The position numbers and the translations under genes were made by a program. A DNA stretch of 64,000 bases, taken from NCBI GenBank assembly GCA_963771385.1, contig CAVYTE010000011.1, forward strand, positions 8,573 through 72,572. The letters are read 5' to 3'. Origin of the DNA: an uncultured Actinomycetes bacterium. GTDB lineage: Bacteria; Actinomycetota; UBA4738; HRBIN12. Below are positions 26,785-36,457 of this stretch, in pieces (the stretch's first letter is position 1; every line of letters begins with the position of its first letter). The notes beneath the pieces are model-generated. The model searched no databases. It was given only the letters and a program-made list of their open reading frames with translations, and was not told the DNA's origin.

Positions 26785-28065
26785 ATGGAGAAGGGCACGA
26801 CTTCGATCGACCCTGTCACGGTCATCGACGATACGAGCATCAAGCCGTTCCGCGTCGACTTCCAGCAGGAGGCGATCGACGACCTTCGCCGGCGCATCGA
26901 GATGACGCGCTGGGCCAGCAAAGAGCTCGTCCCAGATGCGTCGCAGGGCGTGCAGGGCGAGATGCTGCAGGAGCTGGCGCGCTACTGGGCGACTGAGTAT
27001 GACCTCGGGAGGGTGGCAGGGAGACTGAACGCCCTCCCGCAGTTCACGACCGAGATCGACGGCCTCAGGATCCACTTCATCCACGTGAAGTCGAAACACC
27101 AGAACGCGTTGCCGCTGATCATGACGCACGGCTGGCCCGGATCGGTCATCGAGATGCTCGAGACCATCGGGCCGCTCACGGATCCAACCGCGCACGGTGG
27201 CGATGCCTCGGACGCGTTCGACCTCGTGCTCCCATCGCTGCCTGGCTTCGGGTTCTCTGGCCAGCCCACCGAGCTCGGCTGGGATCCCGGCCGAACGGCC
27301 CGCGCGTGGGCGGTCCTCATGAACCGGCTCGGGTATAGCCGCTACGTCGCCCAGGGTGGCGACATCGGGGCCAACGTCACCGATTCGATGGCCCGCCAGG
27401 CACCCGACGGGCTCCTCGGCATCCACCTGAACTTCCTCGCCTCCTATCCGCTCGACGTGAGTGCGGCGATCTTCGGCGGACTCCTCCCGGCGGGTCTCTT
27501 CAAGCGGGTCGGAATCGCAGTCATCTCACACCACGCTGAGAAGAAGGAACCTGTGGCGCTCGACGAGCTCGCCGCGCTCTTCCGGAGGGGGTACTTCGTC
27601 GAGATGCCCGAGCATCCGCAGACGATCGGCTATGCCCTGACGGACACACCCGTCGGGCTGGCGGCGTGGATGCTCGACCATGACACGGACAGCTACGAGA
27701 AGATCGCCCAGGCGTTCCTCGACGGCCGGCCTGCGGGCGGCCTGACACGGGACCACATCGTCGACGACATCACGCTCTACTGGCTGACGAACACCGCGAC
27801 CTCGTCGGCGCGGCTCTACTGGGAGAACTTCCGAGCCACCTTCGCCGCGATCGCGTCCGGAGAGAAACCCCTCAAGCTGAAGCTCCCAGTGGGCTTCACC
27901 GTCTTCCCCGGCGAGATCGTCCAGACGCCGCGGGAATGGGCGAAGAAGGCCTACCCGAACCTCATGTACTTCAACGAGGTCGACAGGGGCGGCCATTTCG
28001 CGGCGTGGGAGGAGCCGCAGCTCTTCTCGGAGGAGCTCCGAGCAGCCTTCAGGTCGCTTCGCTGA
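26785..28065 (+). CDS. epoxide hydrolase with microsomal-EH N-terminal domain (paralog of 21738..22931)
   Basis: IKPFRVDFQQEAIDDLRRRIEMTRWA, FTTEIDGLRIHFIHVKS, THGWPGS, GGDIG, GGHFAAWEEPQ. Its last residues, RAAFRSLR, are the same as in the paralog. Confidence 0.9.
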   Translation: MEKGTTSIDPVTVIDDTSIKPFRVDFQQEAIDDLRRRIEMTRWASKELVPDASQGVQGEMLQELARYWATEYDLGRVAGRLNALPQFTTEIDGLRIHFIHVKSKHQNALPLIMTHGWPGSVIEMLETIGPLTDPTAHGGDASDAFDLVLPSLPGFGFSGQPTELGWDPGRTARAWAVLMNRLGYSRYVAQGGDIGANVTDSMARQAPDGLLGIHLNFLASYPLDVSAAIFGGLLPAGLFKRVGIAVISHHAEKKEPVALDELAALFRRGYFVEMPEHPQTIGYALTDTPVGLAAWMLDHDTDSYEKIAQAFLDGRPAGGLTRDHIVDDITLYWLTNTATSSARLYWENFRATFAAIASGEKPLKLKLPVGFTVFPGEIVQTPREWAKKAYPNLMYFNEVDRGGHFAAWEEPQLFSEELRAAFRSLR

Positions 28066-28139
28066 TGCATCGAATCGTAAGCAAACGTTGGGGTCGAACG
28101 TCCATCTAGGAGCAAGTCATTCGTCGAAGGAGGAACGTC

Positions 28140-28961
28140 ATGCACGGTCTGACCCAAAGCGTCACCATGGATCGCAGGGTCCGCCTGCTCCGGTGGGGCG
28201 CGCTCATCGCGGCTGCCTTGATGCTCTCGCTCGTCTCCTCCACCAGCGCCCGAGCGGCGGAGTCGGACCCGACGATTGTGCTCGTGCACGGTGCCTTCGC
28301 ATCACCGGACGGATGGAGCCGCGTGGCCGCCGCGCTGAACAAGGACGGCTTCCAAACGGCGACGCCGACGCTCGGCCTTGACTCCGTGTCTGGCGACGTG
28401 TCCATCGTGCAGGCGACACTGGATTCGATCCCCGGAGACAAGATCCTGGTGGGACACTCCTACGGCGGGTTCGTGATCACCAACGCCGCCATCGGGCGCA
28501 CCGACGTCCTCGGACTGGTCTACACGGCGGCGTACGTCCCGGACGCCAACGAGACGATCACCAGCCTGAGCGAGGGCTACACGCCGGGAGCGTTCCTGGC
28601 ACACCTGGTGCTCGCCCCGGCGCTCCCCCTCGTCATCGTCGATCCGCAGTTCTTCCCCGAGGACTTCGCCCAGGACTTGAATCCGAAGCTGGCCGCCGAG
28701 ATAGCAGCCCAGCAGCGCCCGACGAGCCTGCTCCTCTTCGGCACGCCATCCGGGCCTGGTGCCTGGCATGCTCTCCCGTCATGGTACGCGGTCTCGGGCG
28801 ACGACCGCGCCATCGACCCTGAGCTCCAGCGATTCATGGCCCAGCGCGCTGGATCGACGACGGTCCAGTTCGACGACGCGAGCCATGTGGGCGGCCTCAG
28901 TCACTACAAGACACGCTTCGTGAAACTGATCGAACAAGCGGCTCTCGCGACAGCAACCTGA
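28140..28961 (+). CDS. secreted alpha/beta hydrolase (paralog of 20049..20786)
   Basis: Signal-peptide-like RRVRLLRWGALIAAALMLSLVSSTSARA, then IVLVHGAFASPDGW, GHSYGG and DASHVGG. Confidence 0.85.
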   Translation: MHGLTQSVTMDRRVRLLRWGALIAAALMLSLVSSTSARAAESDPTIVLVHGAFASPDGWSRVAAALNKDGFQTATPTLGLDSVSGDVSIVQATLDSIPGDKILVGHSYGGFVITNAAIGRTDVLGLVYTAAYVPDANETITSLSEGYTPGAFLAHLVLAPALPLVIVDPQFFPEDFAQDLNPKLAAEIAAQQRPTSLLLFGTPSGPGAWHALPSWYAVSGDDRAIDPELQRFMAQRAGSTTVQFDDASHVGGLSHYKTRFVKLIEQAALATAT

Positions 28962-29017
28962 TCGCCGCCGTTGGCCTCCTCCGCTCTCCAGACTTGGGCG
29001 GTGTCCCAACCGCGGAT

Positions 29018-29049
29018 GGCGACTCCCGACCATGGGGTCGGGAGTCGCC
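29018..29049 (+). terminator. 14-bp perfect stem, 4-nt loop, followed by TTT
   Basis: GGCGACTCCCGACC-ATGG-GGTCGGGAGTCGCC-TTTCG starts 57 nt after the hydrolase stop. Confidence 0.65.
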
Positions 29050-29245
29050 TTTCGAGGGCGCTGTCGGAGACCGGCTGTTCATCTGCTGACTACCCGAGGG
29101 CCCATGAGGGCATCTACAGCGCGATCCGGTTGCGGCCAACTCGCGTTCGCGTGAGACGACCACGAACCCGCCTTGGCGCTCCAAATCACTGGCCCTCGAT
29201 CGTCCCGCATTCGTCCCGCGAACGACTCGGAGACGTCAAGAAATG

Positions 29246-29373
29246 ACGGGAACGGCTGAAGCATCGAATCCGCAGGTCAGGCACCCGATCCGGCCAACGC
29301 CGCAGGTAGCGAGATCGGCCCCGAGAACACTCTCAAGGTGGAGACACGGGTTCGAACCCCGTTGGGACTACCA
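29246..29373 (+). repeat. tRNA-3'-end-like repeat, copy 2 (identical 45-nt core 29327-29371, followed by CA giving ...ACTA-CCA)
   Basis: Carries the same 45 nt as 17062-17106, and here the acceptor-like strand is followed by an encoded CCA. The upstream ~80 nt are related to copy 1 (GACGGGAA, GAATCC.CAGGTCAG, CGCCGCAGGT, TCGGCCC). Confidence 0.7.
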
Positions 29374-29412
29374 TCTCAGCTTCCCGCGGTCGGCGGCGGA
29401 AGGGGGTTCGAG

Positions 29413-30191
29413 ATGCGGATCGCACCCGGCATCCACCGCATCGGGGAGCAGCAGCATCATCAACGCCTACCTCGTCGAGGAAGCGAACGAGGTCACCATC
29501 GTCGACGCGGGGGTGTCCGGGCTGTACCGCGATCTCCCCCGCGAGCTCGCATCGATGGGACGGACGATCGCCGACGTGCGCGCGCTCGTCCTCACCCACG
29601 GGCACAGCGACCACATCGGATTCGCCGAACGGCTCCGCAGCGATCGGCACATCCCGGTCTCGGTCCACGAGGCGGATGCGGCGCTTGGCGCGTGGCGAGG
29701 TGCCCAACCCCTCGAAGGGGTTCGGGCCGACCAGGCTCGCCCCGCTCACCGGCTTCCTGTGGTTCTCGCTCCTCCGCGGTGGCCTTCGAACACATCACCT
29801 GCGCGAGGTCTCGACGTTCGGCGACGGCGCGACGCTCGACCTGCCCGGGAGCCCGGTCGTCACCCTCACCCCCGGCCACACGCCGGGGAGCGCCGTGCTC
29901 CACTTCCGATCGCTGAACGCCCTCCTGATCGGCGACGCGTTCGCGACCTACGCGGTGACCACCGGTGCGCGAGGCCCGAGGATCGCCCCGTTCACCGCCG
30001 ATGCGGCCCGAGCGCTCGAGTCCCTGACCCTGATCGAGGACGTCACCGCCGACCTCGTGCTCCCCGGGCACGGCGATCCGTGGACCGGTGGGGTTCGGGA
30101 GGCCGTTCGGCTGGTGCGCGAGGCCGCCAGCCCCTGCACTAGCCGCGTGACGGGTTCCACGGCCCGAGGCCGCGGATCCGCTCGGGCGTGA
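29413..30191 (+). pseudogene. MBL-fold metallo-hydrolase with two frameshifts
   Basis: MRIAPGIHRIG (frame 1), SSIINAYLVEEANEVTIVDAG...LTHGHSDHIGFA...VHEADAAL (frame 2), and ARGEVPNPSKG...TLTPGHTPGS...LPGHGDPW (frame 0). The joins are near 29444 (GGGG run) and 29687. Confidence 0.8.
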
Positions 30192-30573
30192 TCCTCGTGA
30201 CGAACCCGGGCGGGGGGTCGGGCATGCTGGGGAAGACGACGTCGGGCCCGAGGTAGGTGTGGGCGAGGCGTTGGAGGGTCTCGGCGCCACCGCCCTCGGT
30301 CACGCGCGCCGTCCCGTACACGACGAGATACTCGAGCAGACCCCAGTCGTTCGTCGTGGACGACTCCACCGAGAGCACGACACGTGGGTCGCGACGGAGG
30401 TTCCGCAGCTTCCGTTGATCCGGCAGCGTCGCGAGGACGATCTCGTCGCCCTCGACCCCGACCCAGGCGAGCGTCACGTGCGGGGACCCATCCTCGTCGA
30501 TCGTGGCGACGTGTGCGAGCGCATCGCTCTCGAGGAGCGCTCGTGCCGCCTCGGGGAGTGGGACCCCTGCCAT
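30139..30573 (-). CDS. PPOX-class (pyridoxamine 5'-phosphate oxidase-like) probable F420-dependent enzyme
   Basis: MAGVPLPEAARALLESDALAHVATIDEDGSPHVTLAWVGVEGDEIVLATLPDQRKLRNLRRDPRVVLSV... 144 aa from ATG 30573. Confidence 0.8.
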   Translation of the reverse strand: MAGVPLPEAARALLESDALAHVATIDEDGSPHVTLAWVGVEGDEIVLATLPDQRKLRNLRRDPRVVLSVESSTTNDWGLLEYLVVYGTARVTEGGGAETLQRLAHTYLGPDVVFPSMPDPPPGFVTRITPERIRGLGPWNPSRG

Positions 30574-30580
30574 CGGGCGG

Positions 30581-31259
30581 ATGCTACCCGAGGGATGCGA
30601 TGATGCGCCGATCGTGGGCGATGACGGCTGGTCCTCCTCGCTGCTCCGGTTGACCGATCTCACGGATGGGCGCCCCGTCCGGATCGAGGTGGATGGTTCG
30701 GCCGTGCTCCTCGTCCGGAACGGCGACGAGCTGTTCGCGATCGGGAACCGCTGTTCGCATCAGGGCGCGCCGCTGCAACAAGGGGCCGGTGCGGTTCGGC
30801 GGCTCGCTCCGGACGGTGCAGTGCCCGCTGCACGGCAGCACGTTCGAGCTCACCAGCGGCAAGGTGCTGCGCGGCCCGGCGACCGAACCCGTCCCCGCGT
30901 ACGAGACCCGCGTGATCGACGGCGTCGTCGAGATCCAGGGCCCGGTAGGATGCGCGACGTGGAAGCCGAGGACATCGCGAGGGACTCCGGGCCCCTTCGG
31001 GTCGAGGCTCGTGGGTGTCGGGTTCGGACTGGTCGTGTTCGCCGTGTTCGTGATGCTCCCGTTCCTGGTGCCGGTGACCTTCTACGTGGCCGCGAACATC
31101 TACGCAATCATCAAGGGGACGACGTTCTCGTCCCAGACCGCGAACACCGGCGTGGTGCTGACGCTGCTGGTCTTCTCGGTGGCGGTGTTGCCGATCGGGC
31201 TCGCCGTGCTGATCGCGTTCCTCGGCCGGGTCCTGTCGCCGAAGCGCCGTCGCGCCTGA
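30581..31259 (+). pseudogene. Rieske [2Fe-2S] domain protein with C-terminal membrane segments, one frameshift
   Basis: VRIEVDGSAVLLVRNGDELFAIGNRCSHQGAPL (frame 2) continues as NKGPVRFGGSLRTVQCPLHGSTFELTSGKVLRGPA (frame 0), which gives CxH...CxxH. The join is near 30776. The same frame then runs into two hydrophobic helices (VGFGLVVFAVFVMLPFLV, VVLTLLVFSVAVLPIGLAVLIAFL). The start is uncertain. Confidence 0.65.
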
Positions 31260-31287
31260 ACCCGCCACCCGCTACCCTCCCAGCTTC

Positions 31288-32287
31288 ATGTCCACGCTCC
31301 GACAGGACCCGACCACCCGTCAGTGGGCGATCCTCGCCACCCGTCGCGAGGATCGCCCGCACGTGCCCGTCGTGATGCCTCGACCCGAGCTGCCCGAACG
31401 CGACCCGGGCTGTCCCTTCTGCCCCGGCAACGAGGATCAGACGCCTCCCGAGATCCTGCGGGACCCGCCCGGCCCGGAATGGCAGGTGCGCGTCGTCCCG
31501 AACATGTACGCCGCGCTCTCCGGGGAGGGGCCCGCCACCCGCTCGGGCGAGCCGATGTTCCGCGAGATGCCCGGGATCGGGAGCCACGAGGTCGTGATCG
31601 AGACGCCGCGCCACGACGGGCGCATGGACGAGATGTCGCGGGAGGAGGTCGCCGGGGTCGTCCGCGTGTGGAGGGAGCGCTACCGCGCGCTGATCGCGCG
31701 CCCCGACGTTCGCGCGGTGGTCGTGTTCAAGAACTTCGGGACCCTCGCGGGGACCTCCCTCACGCACCCGCACTCGCAGATCGTCGCGACGCCCGTGTTC
31801 CTGCCCCGGCTGCTCCGGCGGCTCGACGTGGCGACGCGCTACTTCGACGAGCACGGGATCTGTGTCTACGACGAGCTGATCGAGGCCGAGCGGCGAGCGA
31901 GCGTGCGCATGGTCGACGAGGTCGGCAGCTTCGTGGCGTTCGAGCCCTGGGCGGCGCAGACGCCGTTCGAGACGTGGATCGCGCCGACCTTCCACCAGGG
32001 CTCGTTCGGCGACCTCGCCGACGAGGCGGTCGACGACCTCGCCGACATCCTGATCCGAACCCTGACCGCGGTGCGCCGCGCGTGCGGCGATCCCGACTTC
32101 AACCTCGTGATGTACTCGGCGCCCACGAACGGCGGGCACGCGGAGCAGGTGTTCCACTGGCACCTCAAGCTGATCCCTCGCGATCTCCACCCAGGCCGGG
32201 TTCGAGATCGGTTCCGCGATGGCGATCAACACCGTCGCTCCCGAGGACGCCGCCGACGCGCTCCGCGAAGCGCTCGCGACCCCCTAG
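31288..32287 (+). pseudogene. galT: galactose-1-phosphate uridylyltransferase, frameshift near the 3' end
   Basis: CPFCPGNE zinc motif and HPHSQ active site. ...FHWHLKLIPR then continues in another frame as AISTQAGFEIGSAMAINTVAPEDAADALREALATP-stop (TAG 32285-32287). The join is near 32179, inside a CGCG run. Confidence 0.85.
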
Positions 32288-32995
32288 CAGCCCGAGTCGA
32301 CCCAGTTCGGACCCGCGCCGATCGGCACGCCGAGCCGGTCGGCGACGCGCTTGAGGCGCCGGCGATAGATGCGCATCTCCGAGCGGTTGAAGTCCGCGTG
32401 CGTGCTGCACCGCCAGTCCTCGTACCGCTCCGTGTGGAACGGGCTCCGGAGCGTCTCGGCGTGGCCGATCACGTTGCCCCAGGAGATCCCGTAGCGGGCC
32501 ATCAGCCAGACGGTCAGGCGGAGCGACGCGCGCATCATGTCGCGGTCGCCGAGCACCCGGTCCGCGCTCGTGCCGACGTGCTCGATGCCGATCGCGGTCC
32601 AGTTCATCCCGATCGCGTGCCGGCACCGGATCCGCAGGTTCACGAGCTGATAGATCGTCCCGTCGGTGTCGATCAGGAAGTGCGAGCACACCCCCGGCTT
32701 CTCGCCGAGGTGGGTGCCGTTGGCGGCGAAGTGGTTCCACGCCGAGTCGAACGAGGTTCCGTCCGTGTAGTGCTCGACGACGACGTTCGGGTTCGAGAGC
32801 TCGTACGTGCGCTCGCCGTAGTGACGCATCGGAGTACGCCGCCGTCTGCCGCTTGCGGCGCGCGCCGAACGGGATCTTCTTCCAGACGATCTCGGGCTTC
32901 ACGTCGCCGGGATCGGGTGGCTCCACGGCGATCGCGGCCGACTCGGGCGCGACGAGCACCAGCGCCGCCACGAGGAGGACGAGCGTCCGCCTCAC
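32284..32995 (-). pseudogene. secreted N-acetylmuramoyl-L-alanine amidase (PGRP/Amidase_2 type), one frameshift
   Basis: Signal peptide plus N-terminus [25 protein letters not shown]...IVWKKIPFGARRKRQTAAYS in one frame, and MRHYGERTYELSNPNVVVEHYTDG...AIGIEHVG...GH in ORF 32284..32829. The join is near 32830. The GTG start at 32995 overlaps the gltX stop (GTGA). Confidence 0.8.
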
Positions 32996-34410
32996 GAGGC
33001 CGCCCGGAGGCGCTCGACCGTGCGCTCGCGCCCGAGGAGCTCGAGCGATTCGGGCAGCGGTGGCGAGACGGTCGATCCGGTCACGGCGGCCCGGACGGGC
33101 TGGAAGCCCTTCGTGCGGTTCAGCCCGGCCGCCGCGGCGAGCTCGTCGAGCTCGGCCTTGATCGTCTCCGCATCCCAGGGCCGCAGCTCGGCCAGCGCCT
33201 CCGCGACGCTCCGCAGGTACCCGTCGGGAGCCTTCGAGACCACCTCGGCCGCCTTCTCGTCGAGCGTGATGTCGTCGGTGAACAGGAACCGGAGCAGCTC
33301 CACCGAATCCGAGAGCGTCTTCATCCGCTCCTTCACCAGCGGCATGGCGCGACGGAGGAGCTCGAGGTCCGGCGAGAGCCCGGCGACCGACAGGAAGTGC
33401 AGGCACCTCGAGGCGAGGTCGTCGTCGTCGAGCGACTGGACGTAGTGGTTGTTCATCCACTCGAGCTTCTCGACGTCGAACCGCGCCGGGTTCCTCGACA
33501 CGCGCTCGATCTCGAACGCGTCGATCAGCTCCTGCTTGGACAGGAACGTCGTCTCGGCGTCCTTGGACCAGCCGAGCAGCGCCAGGTAGTTCATGAGCGC
33601 CTCGGGCAGGATCCCGCGCTCGCGGAAGGCCTCGACGCTGGTGGAACCGTGGCGCTTGGACAGGGGTTTGCCGTCCGAGCCGTTCACCTGCGGGACGTGC
33701 GCGTACGCCGGCGGCGTGCCGCCGAGCGCCTCGATCACCGCGGCGTTGCGAGGAGCGCTGGCGAGCAGGTCGTCGCCGCGGATCACGTGCGTGATCTCCA
33801 TCAGCATGTCGTCGACCGCGACCGCGAGCAGGAACACGGGCGAGCCGTCCGAACGCACCAGCACGAAGTCGCGCAGGTGCCCCGGCGCCCACCGGACCTC
33901 GCCCTTCACGAGGTCGTGCACGACGTGCTCGCGTTCGGGCATCGCGAACCGGATCACCGCGGTGCGGCCCTCCGCCTCGAACGCCGCCCGGACGTCCGGG
34001 TCCCGGCACTTGCCGTCGTAGCCCGGCGGCTCGCCGCGGGCGAGCGCGGCCTTCCGCCGCTCCTCGAGCTCCTCCTCCGTGCAGTAGCACGGGTACGCGT
34101 CGCCGGTCGAGAGGAGCCGCTCCGTCATCTCGCGATAGATGTCGAGCCGTTGCGACTGGCGGTACGGCGCGTGCGGCCCGCCGACGTCGGGGCCCTCGTC
34201 CCAGTCGATCCCGAGCCACCGGAGCGAGTCCATCACGCCGTGGAACGCCTCCTCGGTCACGCGCGACGCGTCCGTGTCCTCGATCCGAAGGACGAACGCG
34301 CCGCCCGCGTGGCGCGCGAACGCCCACGAGAACAGGCCGGTCCTGACGTTGCCGACGTGGATCGAGCCCGACGGCGCCGGGGCGAACCGGGTGCGCACGC
34401 CGGAGGTCAC
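32992..34410 (-). CDS. gltX: glutamate--tRNA ligase
   Basis: [23 protein letters not shown] (HIGH-type motif), LRIEDTD, PLSKRHG (KMSKS-type motif). 472 aa. The GTG start at 34410 overlaps the upstream stop. Confidence 0.95.
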   Translation of the reverse strand: MTSGVRTRFAPAPSGSIHVGNVRTGLFSWAFARHAGGAFVLRIEDTDASRVTEEAFHGVMDSLRWLGIDWDEGPDVGGPHAPYRQSQRLDIYREMTERLLSTGDAYPCYCTEEELEERRKAALARGEPPGYDGKCRDPDVRAAFEAEGRTAVIRFAMPEREHVVHDLVKGEVRWAPGHLRDFVLVRSDGSPVFLLAVAVDDMLMEITHVIRGDDLLASAPRNAAVIEALGGTPPAYAHVPQVNGSDGKPLSKRHGSTSVEAFRERGILPEALMNYLALLGWSKDAETTFLSKQELIDAFEIERVSRNPARFDVEKLEWMNNHYVQSLDDDDLASRCLHFLSVAGLSPDLELLRRAMPLVKERMKTLSDSVELLRFLFTDDITLDEKAAEVVSKAPDGYLRSVAEALAELRPWDAETIKAELDELAAAAGLNRTKGFQPVRAAVTGSTVSPPLPESLELLGRERTVERLRAAS

Positions 34411-35174
34411 GTCGCGGGTTCCACGGGGTTGGCGAGGGTCCCGACGCCGTCGACCTCGACCTCGACCAGGTCGCCGGGCGAGAGCGGACCGACCCCCTCC
34501 GGCGTGCCGGTCAGGATGACGTCGCCGGGGAGCAGCGTCATGAACGTCGTCACGAACTCGATCAGCGTCGCGACGCCGAAGACCATGTCGCTCGTCTGCC
34601 CGGCCTGCCGGACCTCGCCGTTCAGACGGGTCTCGACGCGGACGTCGTTGGGGTCCAGGTCCGTCTCGATCCAGGGTCCGAGCGGGCACGACCCGTCGAA
34701 CCCCTTCGCGCGCGCCCACTGCTCGTCGGTCTTCTGCAGGTCGCGGAGCGTGACGTCGTTCGCGCAGGTGTAGCCGAGGATGTGCTTGAACGCCTCCTCC
34801 GCCCGGACGTCGCGCGCGATCCGGCCGATCACGACGGCCATCTCACCCTCGTAGTCGACCCTCTTGCTGATCGGCAGCAGCCGGATCGGGTCGCGCGGGC
34901 CGATCACGGCGGTCGAGGGCTTGAGGAACACCAACGGCTCCTCGGGCACCTCCATCCCGAACTCGGCCGCGTGCGCCGCGTAGTTCTTGCCTACGCAGAC
35001 GACCTTCGAGGGCAGCACCGGGGCGAGCAGGCGGACATCGTCGAACGGGACCTCCTCGCCGGTCGGCAGCGGATCCTCGAAGAACGTGCCGCGCAGCACG
35101 CGGATCGTGTCCGACTCGAACTCGGACGCGCCGGTCGCGATGCGATCGCCGAACCGGAAGCGCACCAGCCGCAT
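34407..35174 (-). CDS. fumarylacetoacetate hydrolase (FAH) family protein
   Basis: [43 protein letters not shown]. The position upstream of gltX matches the Rv2993c-gltS arrangement known from mycobacteria. Confidence 0.9.
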   Translation of the reverse strand: MRLVRFRFGDRIATGASEFESDTIRVLRGTFFEDPLPTGEEVPFDDVRLLAPVLPSKVVCVGKNYAAHAAEFGMEVPEEPLVFLKPSTAVIGPRDPIRLLPISKRVDYEGEMAVVIGRIARDVRAEEAFKHILGYTCANDVTLRDLQKTDEQWARAKGFDGSCPLGPWIETDLDPNDVRVETRLNGEVRQAGQTSDMVFGVATLIEFVTTFMTLLPGDVILTGTPEGVGPLSPGDLVEVEVDGVGTLANPVEPAT

Positions 35175-35201
35175 GGGACCGCAGGCTACCGCACCGGGCG
35201 C

Positions 35202-36452
35202 TCAGCCCAGACCGGAGCGCCACGCGGCCGGCACGGAGCCGTCGAGCTCGATCTCGGTCGCGCCGAGCCACGACGCCAGGTCCCGCACCGCTCCGCGACG
35301 GGACGTCCGGACTCGCGGGTGGTCCGGACGCCGGGTTCGGCGTGCACGGCCCGGATGAGCAGCCGCCGGTTCGCCCGGTCCATCGCGGGGTCGACGCGTG
35401 CGACGAACCGGTCGCCGTCGAGCACCGGCATCGAGTAGTAGCCGTAGCGCCGTTTGGCCTTCGGGACGTAGATCTCCATCCGGTAGGAGAGGTCGAACAA
35501 CAGCTCCGCGCGTGCGCGGTCGGCGATCAGGTTGTCGAACGGCGACAGCATCGTGGCCCTCGGCTCCCACCGGCCGCGCTCGATCCGTTCGAGCAGCGGC
35601 ATGTCGTCGCCGATGCACGTACCACGTCCCGGGCATCGGCGCCCCGTCGTGCTCGACCACGACGCGCTCGATCCGGCCGGTGCGTTCGAACTCCGCGAGG
35701 ACGCGATTCAGCTCGGGATAGCGATCCCGCGTGAAGTGCGACCTGATGTGCTTCGGCGTCCCGACCCCCAGCCCGCGGAGCGACCGATCGACCGCGCGGC
35801 GGGTGACCTCGAGGTCGGACAGGCGCTCGCGAGGAGCGTCGGCCGGGAGCACCCGTTCGGTCAGGTCCCAGCGCTTCTCGATCCCCTCGCGACCCGCCAC
35901 CATGACCCTGCCCGAGGCCCACAGGAACCCGAGCATCCGGTCGACGTTGCGCTCGTTCGTCCAGCCGCTCGAGCGCCACGACTCGCCCGTCAGTCCGCCG
36001 GAGATCCGTCGTGCGAGCATCGGGCCGTCGCGGCGGACCTGCGCGAGCACGGAGCGCTTGAGCTTCGCGTTGGCCGCCATCCAGTCCAGGCGCCGGCGGT
36101 TCCACGCCGACCCGTCGTCCCGTAGGTACTGCCGCATGTACCAGGCGTGGATCGGGTGATCCTCGGTGAGGACGATCGAGGCCGCGTGCGCCCAGTACTC
36201 GTAGACCGAGTGGTCTCGCCACAGCAAGCGGTCGAGATGCTTCGGGTCGAACCCCGCGACCCGGCTGCCGAGCACCAGCAACGGGCTCCTGGCGACGACC
36301 GCGATCGGATCGAGCTGCACGCACCGGATCGAACGGATGACGCCGAGCACGGCCTTCGGGCTCGAACGCGGCGGCGTTCCGGCCAGGCGCTGGACGGTGA
36401 TCGCGAGCCGGCGCGCGGTCGAGCGGTCGATGGTGCGGAGCGTCCGAGCCAT
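35202..36452 (-). pseudogene. YcaQ/AlkZ-like winged-helix DNA glycosylase family (DUF1006), two frameshifts
   Basis: MARTLRTIDRSTARRLAITVQRLAG...IRCVQLDPIAVVARS...GTWYVH (ORF 35202..36452). It then continues as DDMPLLERIERGRWEPRATMLSPFDNLIADRARAELLFDLSYRMEIYVPKAKRRYGYYSMPVL (ORF 35186..35602), and then returns to the first frame for AVRDLASWLGATEIELDGSVPAAW. The joins are near 35612 and 35300-35340. Confidence 0.8.
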
Positions 36453-36457
36453 GCGGG

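Noticed and set aside
31288-34773. A 1161-aa plus-strand ORF, the longest in the track.
   Set aside because: Only the first ~300 codons are galT. The remainder is Arg/Pro/Gly-rich low-complexity sequence lying antisense to the amidase and gltX genes, the usual stop-free shadow frame in high-G+C DNA.
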